Source of the DNA: a virus
IMG/VR virus record: IMGVR_UViG_3300025645_000054
Coordinates: 1-64,000 of that record
DNA: 64,000 nt
Strand: one strand, 5' to 3'
The position numbers and the translations under genes were made by a program. Positions 30,867 through 39,569 of the stretch are shown piece by piece; within the stretch, counting starts at the first letter, position 1; each line of letters opens with the position of its first letter. Under the pieces are notes generated by a model that was given only the letters and a program-made list of their open reading frames with translations, had not been told where the DNA came from and ran no database searches.

Positions 30867-31106
30867 ATGAACACTGGAATGAAAGACGGGAAGCTGGTCA
30901 TTGATATGGCCGAAGCGGATGCCCTTTGGGACGCGATGTCGATGGAGCAGCAATACCACGCCATGTGCGGGATGTTTGAGCCCCTGCTGGAGGTCGCGAA
31001 ATCACAACACCGGGTGTTGAAGGACATCATGGAAGCCGCGGAGCGCCGTGATGTGGATGCCTGCCACGAACTCGCCCGCTTGGCCCTTCAAGACAAGGAA
31101 GCCTAG
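30867..31106 (+). CDS. Hypothetical protein
   Basis: ORF with AAGGA RBS; TTGCCC-N17-TATACC upstream. Confidence 0.6.
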   Translation: MNTGMKDGKLVIDMAEADALWDAMSMEQQYHAMCGMFEPLLEVAKSQHRVLKDIMEAAERRDVDACHELARLALQDKEA

Positions 31107-31107
31107 G

Positions 31108-31383
31108 ATGCGCGGGACAAAGCTGAAGCCCTTCAACGATGACGCGGGCTACGTTTGCATGACCAACACGCCCTTTGGGTACGCCGTTGTTTATGACCGG
31201 GAGAACGGGGCCGACTGGATGGATGCTGACGATCGCTGGGTCACAGTGGCCTATGACACGGAGCATTCCCAGATCAGCATGATCTCCAGCCGCACCGTAA
31301 AACTGGCACGTGATGCGATGAAGGGGGCCCGTGAGCTTGGTTTTGCCTGCGACTGGGTCTCCGAATTTCTGAACTCAAAATAG
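31108..31383 (+). CDS. Hypothetical protein
   Basis: ORF with AAGGA RBS. Confidence 0.55.
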   Translation: MRGTKLKPFNDDAGYVCMTNTPFGYAVVYDRENGADWMDADDRWVTVAYDTEHSQISMISSRTVKLARDAMKGARELGFACDWVSEFLNSK

Positions 31384-31393
31384 GGACCATTTC

Positions 31394-31858
31394 ATGGAAA
31401 AGACATTTTATCCCCCGCTTGAGGACAATGTGTTCTGGGCGATGAGCGTGATCCGGGAACACGTCTTGGTGGATCCCGATTACCTGGACAGCGACGAATG
31501 CACCTACCCGGAGGAGTTCAAGGACATCTTCCGGAAGGCCGGGGCGGGGGGAGGTGAAGAGGATGTGGTGCACAGCGATGACCTGTCCGACATCGATCTG
31601 GTGGCTGAGACCACGAGCCTGTTCAAGAACCTGAAGGAGGCCTCAGAGAACTTCTCGGCCACCGACCACTCGGAGCGGATGAGCTATTTCCGGACCTCAA
31701 CCTCTCTGCTCGAAAAGCTGATCGCCATGCAGGAGCGGGCGCACAATGTGCGTCAGGTCTCCCGGTTCTACGCCACCGTTCTGTCGGTGATGGAAGAGAC
31801 CCTTGAGCCTGATCAGATCACCCAAGTCCGCGCCCGCATTATGGAGCACACAGCATGA
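31394..31858 (+). CDS. Helical protein, candidate terminase small subunit
   Basis: Size and helical-hairpin C-terminal half; no other TerS candidate near TerL. The ORF is solid, the function is inferred. Confidence 0.4.
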   Translation: MEKTFYPPLEDNVFWAMSVIREHVLVDPDYLDSDECTYPEEFKDIFRKAGAGGGEEDVVHSDDLSDIDLVAETTSLFKNLKEASENFSATDHSERMSYFRTSTSLLEKLIAMQERAHNVRQVSRFYATVLSVMEETLEPDQITQVRARIMEHTA

Positions 31859-34278
31859 ACGAGACAATTTTCGCCAACACCAGCGGTCCCTATTATGCCA
31901 AAGGCATGCCGGTCATCCCGCTGCATGTCCGCGAGAAGCGTCCGATCCCGCTGGACTGGTCCCGCTACCACAACCACGCGGTGGAGCCGGAACAGCAGGC
32001 CGAGTGGCAGCAGTCCTATGCGACCGGGAACATCGGTTTGGTTCTGGGCCAGCAGTCCGGGGTGGTGATGATCGACATCGACACCGAGGATCTGAACCTG
32101 ATCAAGATGCTGGAACAGATCCTGCCGCATTCCCCATGGAAGCGGATCGGGGCCAAGGGGATGGTGCTGGCCTACCGCTGGTGCGGGGTCCGGACCTTCC
32201 GGATCAAGGACTCGAAAGGGGACACGATCTGTGAGCACCTGTCGGACCGGACGCAGGTGGTGATCCCGCCCTCGATCCACCCGACGACGCAGAAGCCCTA
32301 TGTCGCCAACTGTGAGCTGGTGGATGTGCTCGACAGACTGCCGATCCTGCCCGAGGACATTGAGCAGATCCTGCGCGAGAGCCTGCGACAGGCCGGGGTG
32401 GAGCTGAGTGTCTCTGGCCGCAGCAAATCGACGGACTTCGTGTCCAAGGGGAGCCGGGATGTCACGCTGACGGAGATGGCCGGCCTGTTTGCCTATGCGG
32501 TCCTGCGCGGGGAGCGGTGCCTGATCGAGTCGGTCGGCATGCTGCGGTCCTTTGAGAGCGAGTTCGTGGAGAAGGTCGCCGGCGACGACATGGAAGCGCC
32601 AAAGCACGTCGACAACCTGTTGCGCTTCCTGCGCCGGGATGTGCTGGAGAAGGGCCGGATCCTGCCAGAAGGCTGGGATGAAGGCATGACGCAGCAGATG
32701 AAGGTCGAGTGGGGCGTCGACTTCGACAAGGATCAGGAGGAGTGGTCGTTCGAAGAGATGATCGACTTCCTCAAGAGCAAGTTTGAGGCCCACGCGGTGG
32801 AGTCCAAGGGCCGCGCCGATGCCGTGGAAAAGATCCTGGAGCGGATCGCGCGTCACGCCACGCTGTCCAAGTTGGATGAAGAGCGGCTGATGCAGTATAT
32901 CGTCGATGTCTCGGGCCTGCGCCTGAAGATGACGGCGTTGCGGGCGCGGATGCGTGAGCTGCGGTCGGGGGACATCGCCGGTCAGGACCACAGTGAGATT
33001 GCCAAGGCCGTTTTGGAGGATCTGGAGCAGATCCACGAGGTGCGCCGGTACGGGGGCTCGATCTGGAAGTATATCGGCTCTCATTGGGAGCAGATGGAGG
33101 ATGCGGACCTGATGGCGCGGGTGGCCCGGGACTATGGGCACCTCGACGCCGCGCGGCGGCACTCGGATCACCGTGGGATCTACGCGACCATGCTGAACCT
33201 CGCCGAAGAGGGTATTTGCCGGGATCCACAGCAGGGGGTGAACTTCGCCAACGGGTTCTTGAACGAAGAGCTCGAGTTGGTGCCCCATAACAGCGACTTT
33301 GGCATGGTTTACACCCTTCCCTTCCGGTATTTGCCCGAATTGAGCGGCAAATCGCACCAATTCTTCGAGTTTTTGGACGGTTGTTGGGGCAAAGATGTCG
33401 ACAAAATGGATAAAATAGCGGCCCTTCAGGAGGGTTTATGCGTCACTTTGTTTGGCATGGGGCCAGATTACCAGAAGGTGATGTTGCTCAAGGGCGTGGC
33501 CAAGAGTGGCAAAAGTCAGCTGCTGACCATCGCTCAGAGCCTTGTGCCCGATGATGCCAAGTGTTTTGTGCCCCCGCATGACTGGGCCGACCGCTTTTTG
33601 CCCACCCAGATGCATGGCAAGCTGATCAACATCTGCGGGGAGCTCTCGGAGAAGAAGAAGATCGATGGCATGCGGTTCAAAGACATCGTGGACGGGGCCG
33701 AGATGTCCGGTCAGCTGAAGGGGCGGGACATTTTCAAGTTCCGGCCGCGCTGCACCCACTGGTTCGCGTCCAATCACACGCCCAAGACTGAGGATTCCAG
33801 TGCGGGGTTCAATCGCCGCTGGCTGATCTTCGAGTTCAATCATCCGGTGAAGGCGTCGACCCGCAAGATCAACATCGGGGAGACGATCGTGGCCGAGGAG
33901 CGGGAGGCCATTGTTGCGTGGGCGGTGCAGGCCATGGCCCGTCTGAAGGACACCAATGAATACACCCTGCCGGCCAGCCACACCCAGTTGATAGAGGAGA
34001 TCGCTCAGGCGAACAATTCAGTACGTTTTTTTATCGAGACCTCGCCCAAACTGCATTTGGTCGGGGAGAGCTTGGGCCGCACATCCGAAAACAAGCTGTA
34101 CAAAGAGTACTGGAGCTTCTGTCTGGGACCGGGGGGTGCCAGGCCTGTGGGTTCGAGGCACTTCAGGGGGATGATGCGGGAACTGCAGAGCGAGAAGAAC
34201 TTCTCTTTGGTCCTCGAACGGACGCAGGTGGGAGCACAGGAAGCATTCTACGACGGGCTCACAGTTGCAAACGGCTGA
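31855..34278 (+). CDS. Bifunctional primase-polymerase / SF3 (D5/P4-type) helicase
   Basis: PVIPL..KRP, NIGLVLG, IDID (Prim-Pol); VNFANG (D5_N); GVAKSGKSQ Walker A; FASNHTP; RRW; C-terminal winged-helix-like segment. Confidence 0.93.
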   Translation: MNETIFANTSGPYYAKGMPVIPLHVREKRPIPLDWSRYHNHAVEPEQQAEWQQSYATGNIGLVLGQQSGVVMIDIDTEDLNLIKMLEQILPHSPWKRIGAKGMVLAYRWCGVRTFRIKDSKGDTICEHLSDRTQVVIPPSIHPTTQKPYVANCELVDVLDRLPILPEDIEQILRESLRQAGVELSVSGRSKSTDFVSKGSRDVTLTEMAGLFAYAVLRGERCLIESVGMLRSFESEFVEKVAGDDMEAPKHVDNLLRFLRRDVLEKGRILPEGWDEGMTQQMKVEWGVDFDKDQEEWSFEEMIDFLKSKFEAHAVESKGRADAVEKILERIARHATLSKLDEERLMQYIVDVSGLRLKMTALRARMRELRSGDIAGQDHSEIAKAVLEDLEQIHEVRRYGGSIWKYIGSHWEQMEDADLMARVARDYGHLDAARRHSDHRGIYATMLNLAEEGICRDPQQGVNFANGFLNEELELVPHNSDFGMVYTLPFRYLPELSGKSHQFFEFLDGCWGKDVDKMDKIAALQEGLCVTLFGMGPDYQKVMLLKGVAKSGKSQLLTIAQSLVPDDAKCFVPPHDWADRFLPTQMHGKLINICGELSEKKKIDGMRFKDIVDGAEMSGQLKGRDIFKFRPRCTHWFASNHTPKTEDSSAGFNRRWLIFEFNHPVKASTRKINIGETIVAEEREAIVAWAVQAMARLKDTNEYTLPASHTQLIEEIAQANNSVRFFIETSPKLHLVGESLGRTSENKLYKEYWSFCLGPGGARPVGSRHFRGMMRELQSEKNFSLVLERTQVGAQEAFYDGLTVANG

Positions 34279-34388
34279 ATGGAAGAGTGGTCGCGATCGA
34301 TCGCGGCGAGTGGCGGGAATACCTCAAGTGGTTGTTGATAGAGAAGGGGCGGTATGATGATGAGCTGAGGGACGTGGATTGAGGAAAG

Positions 34389-34411
34389 AGGGGCCCTGCG
34401 GGGCCCCTTTT
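34389..34411 (+). terminator. Terminator after the primase operon
   Basis: AGGGGCCC-TGCG-GGGCCCCT-TTT. Confidence 0.8.
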
Positions 34412-34595
34412 GGTTTATTGTGGTTCATGGCAAAACTCAAAAATTATTGAGATATGTCAGTGGCATAGCAGGCTAAAGCCGTTGCCGATTGGTCAAAATA
34501 GGGGGTATGGTTGGACTAGGCCGGGTGGCTAGGGCGCAGTGTGTCCTTTTTGCAACACCTCCCGCGCCTGCCCATTGGCCCTAGGGCCGCACCCA

Positions 34596-34616
34596 AACTG
34601 CGCAAGTTGCGCAATT
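34596..34616. promoter_or_regulatory. Operator motif A, copy 1
   Basis: AACTGCGCAAGTTGCGCAATT. Confidence 0.7.
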
Positions 34617-34635
34617 ATCCAAGTAGGAACACAAG

Positions 34636-35487
34636 ATGACCAACAAGCAAACAACCACCGCATTGACCGCCTATACCGCTTCACATATCGAATCCGCGTC
34701 CAAAGCCAGCGTTCAAGCGGTCTGCGCTATGATCCTTTGGGGCGCGCATAACCCCGGCGAGTGGATTGAAACCGTATCTGGCAAAACGCCTAAGGCGTTC
34801 AAGGCGTTCAAAGTATCCATTGAAGCCACGGCCGGCGCGGACCGGACGCGTCAGGTAGTGACCGTTGCCAAGAAAGCCTTTGCCTTGCTGGCAGGCGTGG
34901 CAGGCAATGAAAAGGCATTGCGGGACGACGCCGCTATGCGCAAGGACGTGGCTGACCTTTGTAACCGCCTTGTTACATCGTTTGCGGGGCTGACCGTAGG
35001 TCAGGCGATTGAGTCCGACACTGGCCTTTTCACAATGGTGACTGGTGCAAGCGCTGATAGCATGGCTGGCATCAAGGCGGCATATAGCGCGGCCCTTGAC
35101 GCTGATACGCCTGCAGAAGCGCCTGCACCTGCACCTGAATCGGTTGACGTGACCGACGCGGACGCGGACGTTGACGAAAGCCAAGCAACCATTGCCATGG
35201 ATACCAAGTCAGGCGCGAAAAGCGCGATAGATGACGCCATTGCCTTGCTTGCTAGTGTTGTCGCGCATGGCCACGCCGATCAAGCCAGCGCCAAGGCAAT
35301 CAAGGCAATGGCTGACTTTATTGTTCAGGCGGGCAAGCCAAGCGCCTTGCTCTATGCCTTTGACCAATTGGTCGCGGATGCGGCCGATGACATCCCGCGC
35401 TTGGAAGGCATGGTAGCCAGCACGTCCGAGGCGCTGGCAGAGAGCAAGGTGCAAACATGCGGCCCGATTCCCGCAATGGTTGGATGA
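34636..35487 (+). CDS. Ala-rich hypothetical protein (isolated early gene)
   Basis: 283-aa ORF, AGGA RBS, upstream operator, downstream hairpin. Confidence 0.8.
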   Translation: MTNKQTTTALTAYTASHIESASKASVQAVCAMILWGAHNPGEWIETVSGKTPKAFKAFKVSIEATAGADRTRQVVTVAKKAFALLAGVAGNEKALRDDAAMRKDVADLCNRLVTSFAGLTVGQAIESDTGLFTMVTGASADSMAGIKAAYSAALDADTPAEAPAPAPESVDVTDADADVDESQATIAMDTKSGAKSAIDDAIALLASVVAHGHADQASAKAIKAMADFIVQAGKPSALLYAFDQLVADAADDIPRLEGMVASTSEALAESKVQTCGPIPAMVG

Positions 35488-35502
35488 ATCACAAGCCCAT
35501 GG

Positions 35503-35524
35503 GGCGTGGCAGAAATGCCACGCC
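35503..35524 (+). terminator. GNRA hairpin, probable terminator
   Basis: GGCGTGGCA-GAAA-TGCCACGCC; the U-tract is displaced by about 10 nt. Confidence 0.5.
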
Positions 35525-35528
35525 TAGG

Positions 35529-35570
35529 GTGATATTTTTATCACACCGATCGGTGTGATCAAAATGTCAC
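35529..35570. repeat. 42-bp near-perfect palindrome
   Basis: GTGATATTTTTATCACACCGA|TCGGTGTGATCAAAATGTCAC; central 20 bp perfect. Confidence 0.9.
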
Positions 35571-35582
35571 TATTTCTTCGCG

Positions 35583-35648
<66 letters not shown>

Positions 35649-35733
35649 TAGGCCCGGGCCTATATACGCGCGTCTACGTGTAGGCCCGCGAGGTTTCTTC
35701 TTAAGAACGCGACCCTCAGTAATTTGAAAATGT

Positions 35734-35754
35734 TTTTGCGTAAGTTACGCAATT
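35734..35754. promoter_or_regulatory. Operator motif A, copy 2
   Basis: TTTTGCGTAAGTTACGCAATT. Confidence 0.75.
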
Positions 35755-35772
35755 TTTCCGGGAGCCAAAACC

Positions 35773-35922
35773 ATGTGGCAGCTACTTTCCATCCGCAAAA
35801 ATTTCTACGAGACCGAAGAAGTCCTCGTGTGGATCAAGTCCAAGGAGGCAATCCTGCCCCTGATGGACCTCTTAGGGGTCGATGCCGCCACCCTGAGACC
35901 CCTACCTACGAGCGAGGGCTGA
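35773..35922 (+). CDS. 49-aa hypothetical protein (not in the ORF track)
   Basis: MWQLLSIRKNFYETEEVLVWIKSKEAILPLMDLLGVDAATLRPLPTSEG; GGGAG RBS directly after the operator. Confidence 0.6.
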   Translation: MWQLLSIRKNFYETEEVLVWIKSKEAILPLMDLLGVDAATLRPLPTSEG

Positions 35923-35999
35923 GGGGCGTTTGCAGCTTTAAGAAGAAGGCTGTTTCCTAAGAAGTTGTGTGGGCCTCGGCAAATGCAACCTGTAGCGGG

Positions 36000-36360
36000 T
36001 ACGGAGTTAACATAATAAAGGACTTTTCGGCCTTATTTTTGGGGTGGGAGAGTGATTTGGAGTTTGTGCAAGCGAGAGTTGCATTGTTTCTTTTCAATGG
36101 CTTAGGGCCTTGGGCGTCGGTTTTGCCTGTCAAGTAGATTTTGGCCCTTGGCCAGTAGGGTCCGCATTCAGCGGGGTATAACCCATTGATTTCAAATCGA
36201 ACTTTGGACGTTTCTATGCAATCTCTTCTTATTTTTCTTTCTTAAAAGTGGGATAGAAAGAAAGAAGTAAAGAGAGGAAGGGAATTTGGAGATTGCTGGG
36301 AAAAGTAAATATTTTAGTTAGAGAAATTTCACTTCTCTTCTATCCCGCTTTTGAAATTGT
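36000..36360. other. AT-rich non-coding region, candidate replication origin or packaging site
   Basis: IHF-like sites at 36092-36104 and 36179-36191; inverted repeat 36244-36268/36331-36352; purine/pyrimidine tracts. Confidence 0.45.
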
Positions 36361-36483
36361 CATCCGTGACAGGCCAGTCTGGTCCGGTGTGGGTTTTGTT
36401 CCACCCTTGGGCCACCGGAGTACTCTGGCCTGTCTCGCGTGACAATAGGTTCCCTTGGCCCCCGTCCAAGATCCTATCTCGAC

Positions 36484-36670
36484 CAAGACCCTAGACCACG
36501 ACCCCGATCCGAGAGGATTTCACGACCACGACCACGACCCCGATCCAAGATTGCGTAAGTTACGCAATTCCATTCCGAGAGGAACTCAAGACCCTAGACC
36601 ACGACCCCGATCCGAGAGGATTTCACGACCACAACCCAAGATTGCGTAACATTCCGAGAGGAACTCAAGA
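36484..36670 (+). repeat. Tandem duplication (103-bp and 79-bp units) containing operator A and RBS hairpins
   Basis: CAAGACCCTAGACCACGACCCCGATCCGAGAGGATTTCACGACCAC at 36484 and 36587; operator at 36549-36569; half-site at 36640-36650. Confidence 0.9.
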
Positions 36671-37023
36671 TGCTTTTACTATGCCTAGCCCTCAATATCT
36701 ACCACGAGGCCCGAGGGGAGCCGATCACAGGCCAGGAGCTGGTCGCCTCTGTTACGCTGAACCGCGTAGCAAGCCCCCTATACCCCGACAACGTCTGCGA
36801 TGTGGTCTACCAGCCCCGCCAGTTCGCATGGACCGCAGACCCACCCCCAGTGACCGACACGCAGGCCTTCTACACGGCCCTGATGATCGCATGGGATGCC
36901 CAACCCATCAACGAGGCCACCCACTTCTACAGTGGCCCTGCGCCCTATTGGACGCGACACCCAGATTTTCAACTTGTCGGCCGCGTTTCTGGCCACACCT
37001 TTTACAAGGAGACACGCCCGTGA
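36670..37023 (+). CDS. Cell wall hydrolase, SleB/Hydrolase_2 family
   Basis: CLALNIYHEARGE...VTLNRV...CDVVYQPRQFAW...ATHFY...HTFY. Confidence 0.9.
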   Translation: MLLLCLALNIYHEARGEPITGQELVASVTLNRVASPLYPDNVCDVVYQPRQFAWTADPPPVTDTQAFYTALMIAWDAQPINEATHFYSGPAPYWTRHPDFQLVGRVSGHTFYKETRP

Positions 37024-37478
37024 CTTTCATCGTGCACTTCGATCAAGACTCCATGAACCCCCGACAGGAGTTCGACCACCTCGGGACACTCGCTATCCTA
37101 GGGTATGGGGGCGATGAGGCCCCAGACCCTCACAACCCCCCACACGACGCCATCATGCTCCCTGTGTACCGCTACCAGCACTCGGGCGTGGCCTACAGCA
37201 CCACGCCCTTCCACTGCCCATGGGACAGCGGCCAGACGGGATACATCTACGTGTACCGGTCCACCGTCCGCAAAGAATTCAACGTCAAACGGATAAGCCC
37301 CAAGCTCCACGATCGGGTCCTCGAGATCCTCCGTTCGGAAGTCGAGGAGTTCTCCTCGTGGAGTAATGGTGAGGTCTACGGATTCACCAACAATGAAACA
37401 GATGACTCATGCTGGGGCTTCTATGGCCTCGAGTCCTTGATCGCAGAGATTGGAGATAATTATGAATTTGCCCAATAA
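37020..37478 (+). CDS. Conserved hypothetical mobile-element protein
   Basis: GTG start overlapping the upstream stop; YQHSG, CPWDSGQTG and DSCWGFYG motifs. Confidence 0.7.
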   Translation: MTFIVHFDQDSMNPRQEFDHLGTLAILGYGGDEAPDPHNPPHDAIMLPVYRYQHSGVAYSTTPFHCPWDSGQTGYIYVYRSTVRKEFNVKRISPKLHDRVLEILRSEVEEFSSWSNGEVYGFTNNETDDSCWGFYGLESLIAEIGDNYEFAQ

Positions 37479-37824
37479 AGTATTGGCCCTGCAGACCAAA
37501 CTGGTCAGCACACTCGGCAAGCAGCCCTATATCGACGCCCACCTCCTCGTCACTCCTGCCACCGAATCCCCGTACCAGATCTACTGGTACGGCGACAACA
37601 TCAACGAGGCCACCCGCCTCAACCACACCTCCCTCGACCAGCTCTTCCTTGATGCACACCATCTCCTAGACACCATGCCCACGGAAGAGGAGCGCGAACG
37701 TCAGATTTTTGAAACCAATCTGCGGAAGCTGATCGACGAGGCCCCGGCCGGGGTCGACGTCACCCTGCTGCAAACTTTCCAATCCGGGTTTGCCAGCAAC
37801 CAGATCGAAGGACCCCGCTCATGA
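37462..37824 (+). CDS. Hypothetical protein (distant paralogue of 41192-41605)
   Basis: ORF with GGAG RBS; shared P-EE..F...ID..N..P pattern. Confidence 0.7.
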   Translation: MNLPNKVLALQTKLVSTLGKQPYIDAHLLVTPATESPYQIYWYGDNINEATRLNHTSLDQLFLDAHHLLDTMPTEEERERQIFETNLRKLIDEAPAGVDVTLLQTFQSGFASNQIEGPRS

Positions 37825-38456
37825 AGGTCCTCATTGGCTGCGAGTGCAGCGGTGTCGTGCGTGATGCGTTCTTGGCCCAAGGCCACGACGCATGGTCCTG
37901 CGACATCAAACCCGCCGACACCCCCTCGAACCGTCACATCCAAGGCGACATCCTTGACGTCATGGAAGACAGCTCTTGGGATTTCCTTGCCGTGATGCAC
38001 CCTCCGTGTACCCGGCTGTGCAACTCCGGGGTCCGTTGGCTCTCCTCCCCGCCCCCGGGCCGGACCCTTGAAGAAATGTGGGCCGAACTGGACCAAGGCG
38101 CGGAGCTGTTTTCCAAAGTGTGGAACACCACCATCCCCCGTGTCGCGGTGGAGAACCCGGTCATGCACAAACATGCCAAGGCCCGGATCGAGAACTTCCA
38201 GCCTCACTCTCAATCCGTGCAGCCTTGGCAATTTGGCACGGACCCAGAGGGGCCAGACAACGAGAAGAAGCGGACCTGCCTCTGGCTCCGCAATCTGCCC
38301 CTGCTCCAACCCACCGGCACCTTGGACGGAACCCAAGCCCGGTCCTCCGTCCACCATGCGTCACCCGGACCCGATCGCGCAGCCCTGCGCTCCAAGTTCT
38401 TCCCGGGCCTAGCCCAAGCCATGGCCGAACAGTGGGGCCAAGCCAATGCCTGCTGA
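37821..38456 (+). CDS. Short C5-cytosine DNA methyltransferase-like protein
   Basis: [18 protein letters not shown] (catalytic PC), VENP. Confidence 0.75.
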   Translation: MKVLIGCECSGVVRDAFLAQGHDAWSCDIKPADTPSNRHIQGDILDVMEDSSWDFLAVMHPPCTRLCNSGVRWLSSPPPGRTLEEMWAELDQGAELFSKVWNTTIPRVAVENPVMHKHAKARIENFQPHSQSVQPWQFGTDPEGPDNEKKRTCLWLRNLPLLQPTGTLDGTQARSSVHHASPGPDRAALRSKFFPGLAQAMAEQWGQANAC

Positions 38457-38802
38457 AAATGAAGTCGATCTATCGGTGTTGAGCCGTGACCGTCAACTAC
38501 TGCCTCATCCAAAGTTCACGAACTATTTGATCAGTGATCGGGGGGATGTCGTTACCCTATTCTTCAAGAAGCCTCGACTCCGCAAAGGCTCCAAATCCAA
38601 AGACGGGTATCTGGTGGTTTCCATATCGGTCGAGCACCAGCGGGTTGTATCCCGCCGGATCCACAGGCTCGTGGCCGAAACCTTCATCCCTAATCCAGAG
38701 AACAAACCCTGTGTCCGTCATCTGGATGGGGACAAAACCAACAATCGCGTCCCCAACCTTGCTTGGGGGACCCACGCCGAAATGGAAGAAGGAATTGCGT
38801 AA
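38446..38802 (+). CDS. HNH homing endonuclease (NUMOD4/HNH_3 type), probably C-terminally truncated
   Basis: [38 protein letters not shown]. Confidence 0.8.
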   Translation: MPAENEVDLSVLSRDRQLLPHPKFTNYLISDRGDVVTLFFKKPRLRKGSKSKDGYLVVSISVEHQRVVSRRIHRLVAETFIPNPENKPCVRHLDGDKTNNRVPNLAWGTHAEMEEGIA

Positions 38803-38813
38803 CTTACGCAATT
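38793..38813. promoter_or_regulatory. Operator motif A (perfect arms)
   Basis: AATTGCGTAA-C-TTACGCAATT. Confidence 0.8.
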
Positions 38814-38847
38814 CTCCTTCCCCTCTCCTCAGAAAGGAACCTATCCA

Positions 38848-39201
38848 ATGAACATCTCCGAACTCTTCGACACCGCCATTGCCGGCCTCGAGGCCCAGAC
38901 CGAGAAGTCCAGCACACCCGGTACGGACCTGTGCCAGTATCATGGCCCCCACGGCACCAAGTGCCTCTTCGGCCACATGATGGACGCTGTACCCGACACT
39001 ATGAACACAGAGACCATCGGGTCCAATGTTATCTTGAAGCTCATCAGAGAATCCAGCGGTGTGGACCTGCTGGACACATTGAAAGCGGCAGACCTCGTGG
39101 CCCTCCAAGACATTCACGACGTCGACTGGAAAGTGGGCTACCCATTCCGCCCCCTGATCCCGGGACACCTGCAACTCAAAATTTGGGGAGATGTCCAATG
39201 A
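38848..39201 (+). CDS. Hypothetical protein, tandem paralogue 1
   Basis: CQYHGPHGTKCLFGH...LQDIHD. Confidence 0.8.
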   Translation: MNISELFDTAIAGLEAQTEKSSTPGTDLCQYHGPHGTKCLFGHMMDAVPDTMNTETIGSNVILKLIRESSGVDLLDTLKAADLVALQDIHDVDWKVGYPFRPLIPGHLQLKIWGDVQ

Positions 39202-39569
39202 CATCCATCGACCAACTCTTCGACACCGCAATCGCCGCTCTCGAGTCCCAGACCGAGAAGTCCATCAACCCCAACACAGACATGTGCCAGTACCGGGGCC
39301 CCCACGGCACCAAATGTCTCTTCGGCCACATGATCGCCGATGAGCATTACGAAAAAGTCACGGACAAATTCAGCACTCCAGTGTCGGATCCCAAGGTCCT
39401 GGAATCCATTTTCGCCTCCACGGGGGTGGATCTGAGATATACCTCTCTCGTCAATGAGATCAACAACCTCCAAGCAATTCACGATCACAAATGGAAACCG
39501 GGCCAACCATTCCGGCCCCTGATCCCAGAGCACCTGCAACTCAAAATTTGGGGGGAGGTCATTACATGA
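39198..39569 (+). CDS. Hypothetical protein, tandem paralogue 2
   Basis: CQYRGPHGTKCLFGH...LQAIHD; ATGA coupling. Confidence 0.8.
   Translation: MTSIDQLFDTAIAALESQTEKSINPNTDMCQYRGPHGTKCLFGHMIADEHYEKVTDKFSTPVSDPKVLESIFASTGVDLRYTSLVNEINNLQAIHDHKWKPGQPFRPLIPEHLQLKIWGEVIT

Noticed and set aside
31813-33360. 515-aa minus-strand ORF (similarly 29283-30416, 41634-42521, 54191-55018)
   Set aside because: Antisense shadows of well-supported GC3-rich genes, with no motifs or RBS.
35529-35570. Protelomerase (telRL) site of a linear plasmid prophage
   Set aside because: No protelomerase or par genes are visible and the phage has int/attP; kept only as an unexplained palindrome.
36484-36670. CRISPR mini-array
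   Set aside because: The units are tandem duplications without unique, equal-length spacers, and there are no cas genes.
36670-37023. Endolysin of a lysis cassette
   Set aside because: No adjacent holin or spanin and an early-region location; the lysis genes are probably outside the window.
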